A stretch of 38,966 nucleotides of DNA from NCBI GenBank assembly GCA_028684695.1, contig JAQUFK010000001.1, positions 1 to 38,966 on the forward strand, in the 5' to 3' direction. Origin of the DNA: Methanosarcinaceae archaeon (GTDB lineage: Archaea > Halobacteriota > Methanosarcinia > Methanosarcinales > Methanosarcinaceae). The position numbers and the translations under genes were made by a program. This document shows positions 36,011 through 38,966 of the stretch, piece by piece. The first letter of the stretch is position 1, and each line of letters opens with the position of its first letter. The notes under the pieces are model-generated. The model had not been told where the DNA came from. It made no database searches and saw only the letters and a program-made list of their open reading frames with translations.

Positions 36011-37528
36011 ATGTTACTTAAAACAAGAATTGAAGAATTATGTACCCTCGTTCAAAAAGCCCTTACTCAAACAAATACGGTATTCGGAACAGTAATTGAT
36101 ACCTTAAACTCCGATACTGTAATCGCTCATCTAAACGGAATTGATGGGTTTGTCTGGGGGCCTCCTCTTTTACTCCTCCTTATTGGAACTGGAATTTACC
36201 TAAGCTTGCGCCTAAAACTAATCCAGATCTTCAGGTTGCCCCTAGCCCTTAAAAATGTACTTAGCTCCCGCAAAATTGACAAGCGGGCCGAAGGAGATAT
36301 CTCCAGTTTTGCGGCTCTTTGCACTGCGCTTTCAGCCACAATAGGAACCGGAAATATCGTAGGGGTTGCAACCGCCCTTGCTAAAGGAGGGCCTGGGGCT
36401 CTTTTTTGGATGTGGCTTGCAGCCTTTTTCGGGATGGCAACCAAATATTCCGAAGCTCTGCTTGCTGTTAAGTATAGAACCACGGATGCCAATGGTCAGA
36501 TTTCCGGAGGGCCCATGTACTATATCAAAAACGGGCTTGCAGACAAAAGCTATAGTGGAATCCTAGCTAAACTTTTTGCATTTTTCGGAATCTGTGCAGC
36601 CTGTTTGGGAGTGGGCACTTTTACCCAAGTAAACGCAATCGTAAGTTCCGTGGAAGCCACTTTTGGAATTCCGGGGATGAATACGGCAATCGTTTTGGCT
36701 TTTTTTGTAGCTCTTGTAACCATAGGAGGGATTAAAAGCATCTCAAAAGTCGCTCAGTTTATGGTTCCCGTCATGGCAGTTGCCTATGTGTTTGGCTGCC
36801 TTTTAGTAATAGGCCTTAACCTCGAAAAACTTCCTTCTGCTCTTTGCCTTATTCTAAAAAGTGCTTTTACCCCAACTGCAGCCTCAGGCGGTTTCCTTGG
36901 AGCGGGCGTAATGCTTGCCATTCAGATGGGAATTGCACGCGGGATTTTCTCAAACGAATCCGGACTTGGAAGCTCTCCGATTGCAGCTGCGGCTGCAAAG
37001 GTAAAGGAACCTGCAAAACAGGGTTTAATCTCTATGACCGGAACTTTCTTTGATACGATAGTCATCTGTACCATGACCGGGCTTACCCTTATCCTTAGCG
37101 GAACCTGGACAAAAGGAGCAAGCGAAGCTGCTCACATGACCAGTGCAGCTTTTTCAGAAGCTCTTTCTAGCACTGGGGCCTATATTGTAACCGTAGGCCT
37201 AATTTTTTTTGCCTTTACAACTATTCTTGGCTGGAACTACTACGGCGAACGCTGTATTGAATACCTAGTCGGTGTAAAAGCAATTTTGCCCTACAAAGTT
37301 GTCTATGTCCTTTTGGTAGCTGCTGGAGGCTTTCTCTCAATTGAAGCCGTTTGGATTATTGCCGATGTTTTCAACGGGCTTATGGCTTTTCCAAATCTAG
37401 TTGCGCTTCTGGCTCTGTCAGGCGTTGTTGTTGCGGAAACTGAGAAGTATTTAAAGAACCTTGAATCAAAAACTCTAGAAAGCAACCCTTCCGATAATAT
37501 ATATGGAAAAAAGGCTGAAGGCCCTTAA
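36011..37528 (+). CDS. alanine/glycine:cation symporter (AGCS) family transporter
   Basis: Motifs GFVWGPPLLLLLIGTG and FAALCTALSATIGTGNIVGVATA are present. I prefer the start at MLLKTRIEEL (36011) over the track's 35912. Confidence 0.9.
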   Translation: MLLKTRIEELCTLVQKALTQTNTVFGTVIDTLNSDTVIAHLNGIDGFVWGPPLLLLLIGTGIYLSLRLKLIQIFRLPLALKNVLSSRKIDKRAEGDISSFAALCTALSATIGTGNIVGVATALAKGGPGALFWMWLAAFFGMATKYSEALLAVKYRTTDANGQISGGPMYYIKNGLADKSYSGILAKLFAFFGICAACLGVGTFTQVNAIVSSVEATFGIPGMNTAIVLAFFVALVTIGGIKSISKVAQFMVPVMAVAYVFGCLLVIGLNLEKLPSALCLILKSAFTPTAASGGFLGAGVMLAIQMGIARGIFSNESGLGSSPIAAAAAKVKEPAKQGLISMTGTFFDTIVICTMTGLTLILSGTWTKGASEAAHMTSAAFSEALSSTGAYIVTVGLIFFAFTTILGWNYYGERCIEYLVGVKAILPYKVVYVLLVAAGGFLSIEAVWIIADVFNGLMAFPNLVALLALSGVVVAETEKYLKNLESKTLESNPSDNIYGKKAEGP

Positions 37529-37680
37529 GAAAAGGGCTGAGGCAAACTCAAGCAAAACTAAAGTCTTCTTTCGGATGGAAAAATAAAAAGAAGCTTTTGC
37601 AATTGTGGATGTAGTTTTTGAGGCTTTCGGAAAAGCGCTTAAGAGGGATTCAGAAAAGCTAAATTTCCTGCTCAAGCGAG

Positions 37681-37884
37681 GAGCTTTGCTTTGTTTGTGC
37701 AGGTGGGGTTTAGAAAATATAATGAAGCTTTCATATGTTATACAAAGCTTCTCAAGCTTTATCCGGAAATCTTCAAGCTTCCATAAACGTATATATGGGC
37801 TTGTGCAATTCTTATATCTATGAAAAGCCGTGAATCTGAAGCTTCAATTCCTCAAACCCCGCCTGCACAAACAAAGCAAAACTC
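37681..37884. repeat. 31-bp inverted repeat (2 mismatches) flanking a 142-bp AT-rich segment
   Basis: The left arm at 37681-37711 is gagctttgctttgtttgtgcaggtggggttt. The right arm at 37854-37884 is aaaccccgcctgcacaaacaaagcaaaactc. Confidence 0.85.
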
Positions 37885-38329
37885 AAGAGCCGCTTCAACT
37901 GTGGATTCTTCTTTTATCTCTGCTTCTAGCAGGCCTTCCTATGAAGCAGCTGCCTTTTTAAAACCGCACCTTGAACAGTTTCAAGGAGTTTTACCGGATC
38001 TGAATCGAAGACTTTCTTCCGAAAGGGAACTAGGCCTTTCGCCTACAGGGCTAGCCCGACTCAGTCCAGAGGCTCATCCAAGACTTTTTACTACTAATCC
38101 GGAAGGCCTTTCTTTTCCCATTCTGCCCTCTGGAGTTAAAATCCAGCCCAAAGTCCCTAAAAGAACTCGCTTTGAAGTAGAAACTGGTCTTTCAGCTCCT
38201 TCACTTCTGGAAAAGTTTGACAGGGCTTTCGGGCTTGAAGCTGATCTTGGAATCTGTTCTATAGGAAGCCGGTTTTTTAAAGCCCGAGCAGATAAAGGAG
38301 AAAAAGAAAGCCAAGGAGAAAAGAGCTGA
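37820..38329 (+). CDS. hypothetical S/P/A-rich orphan ORF (169 aa)
   Basis: ORF only. It is compositionally low-complexity, and its start lies inside the loop of the inverted repeat. No motif recognised. Confidence 0.3.
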   Translation: MKSRESEASIPQTPPAQTKQNSRAASTVDSSFISASSRPSYEAAAFLKPHLEQFQGVLPDLNRRLSSERELGLSPTGLARLSPEAHPRLFTTNPEGLSFPILPSGVKIQPKVPKRTRFEVETGLSAPSLLEKFDRAFGLEADLGICSIGSRFFKARADKGEKESQGEKS

Positions 38330-38423
38330 AAAAATCCTAGGATATGACAAGATAAAGGGAAGGGGACCTTAAGTTTGGGAGGGAATAATGCTTTTCCTTT
38401 ACCTCTTTTTCCATTGCCAAGGG

Positions 38424-38450
38424 CAAAAACCCTTTTCCAAAGGGTTTTTG
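38424..38450. terminator. perfect 12-bp stem / 3-nt loop hairpin (caaaaacccttt tcc aaagggtttttg)
   Basis: Read directly. It lies 95 nt after the stop of ORF 37820-38329. Confidence 0.45.
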
Positions 38451-38620
38451 AGGGTTCCTCTAAATGATTCAGATTCGTGTTTATTCGTGAAGGGGAAGCA
38501 TCTTTAGAATCAGGTTCATTTTTTAGATTTGTTTAAGTTTTTATAGTTTTGTTGTAATATTAAATATCACATATTTAATCTCAAACAGATTATTTCTAAT
38601 CACTAACAGGGAGAGCTTTT

Positions 38621-38788
38621 ATGAAGTTATGGGAGTATGATTCAAGAAGAATTCATGCAGTTCACATGCCGCAGCAAATGAATGACCTTGAAAAAATTGG
38701 AAATGAAGGGTGGGAGCTTATTTTTATAAAGGACGATCTGGATGAGGAAGGGACAGCGACTGCGATTTTTAAGCGGGAAAAACTATAA
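38621..38788 (+). CDS. DUF4177-like small protein (55 aa)
   Basis: Hand translation gives MKLWEYDSRRIHAVHMPQQMNDLEKIGNEGWELIFIKDDLDEEGTATAIFKREKL*. GGGAGAG lies 6 nt before the ATG. Below the ORF-track cutoff. Confidence 0.65.
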   Translation: MKLWEYDSRRIHAVHMPQQMNDLEKIGNEGWELIFIKDDLDEEGTATAIFKREKL

Positions 38789-38844
38789 AAGTAGATAAGC
38801 TGAAAAATTTCAGACCTTAAACTGATATTTACTAGCTTTAACTC

Positions 38845-38910
38845 TTATAGAACTCAGCGTAAAACCCCTGAGTCTTTAGCTCAGGGGATATAAGCGTCAA
38901 CTTACCCCTG
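38845..38910 (-). repeat. REP/MITE-like element, copy E3 (inverted relative to E2; hairpin at 38865-38887)
   Basis: The sequence is ttatagaactcagcgtaaaaCCCCTGAGtctttagCTCAGGGGatataagcgtcaacttacccctg. Its reverse complement aligns with E2 and carries a 7-nt insertion. Confidence 0.65.
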
Positions 38911-38966
38911 ATTCCGTATGTAATATACTGCTGCCTTTTTGATAACATTTCCTATAGAAGAAACGA

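Noticed and set aside
1-38966. In-frame TAG (pyrrolysine) read-through genes, inteins, IS elements or prophage genes
   Set aside because: No recognised gene appears interrupted by an in-frame TAG with continuing homology. No transposase, integrase or phage-like ORFs were seen, and the only apparent frame problem is the A6 tract at 29815-29820.

Overview
Chromosomal segment from a methanogenic archaeon, most consistent with Methanosarcinales (Methanosarcina-like). The evidence is an Mtr-paralogue (Mtx-type) operon, a GHMP-type archaeal shikimate kinase, Pth2, TruD, DUF373 and DUF1638 proteins, and a RimK/MptN-like ligase. Coding DNA is moderately AT-rich and the intergenic DNA is very AT-rich, with TTTATATA-type TATA boxes and Shine-Dalgarno motifs 6-8 nt before start codons.

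I support about 36 protein genes. Most are housekeeping: ilvD, purE, chorismate mutase, shikimate kinase, MTA phosphorylase, a glutamine-synthetase-family gene, an NSS transporter, an AGCS transporter, a Ski2-like helicase, and a five-gene Opp/Nik-type ABC importer followed by an O-methyltransferase. I found no rRNA, tRNA, CRISPR array, transposase or integrase.

Three real-looking small genes fall below the 60-aa ORF-track cutoff:
- a 54-aa protein with four CxxC pairs
- a 39-aa MetS-like small subunit next to the NSS transporter
- a second DUF4177 paralogue

The most unusual signals are non-coding or translational:
1. A collinear sequence module, including an 18-nt exact match containing TTTATATA, sits at a similar distance upstream of both ilvD and the GS gene. 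At the GS locus it runs into an array of ATCCCAACA repeats.
2. Four genes have a conserved or functionally required N-terminus reachable only from a near-cognate codon (ATC, ATT, ACG or ATA) placed 6-7 nt after an SD-like motif.
3. A 31-bp inverted repeat flanks a 142-bp AT-rich promoter-like segment, giving an inverton-like or long-hairpin architecture.
4. A REP/MITE-like hairpin element occurs three times. Two inverted copies, together with the DUF4177 paralogues, bracket an 8-kb block.
5. Direct 125-150-bp repeats lie in an AT-rich orphan-gene islet.
6. An 8-mer/7-mer microsatellite and low-complexity extensions are associated with a multidomain PP-loop (PAPS-reductase-like) enzyme.

All family assignments rest on motif recognition by eye. 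No database search was run.
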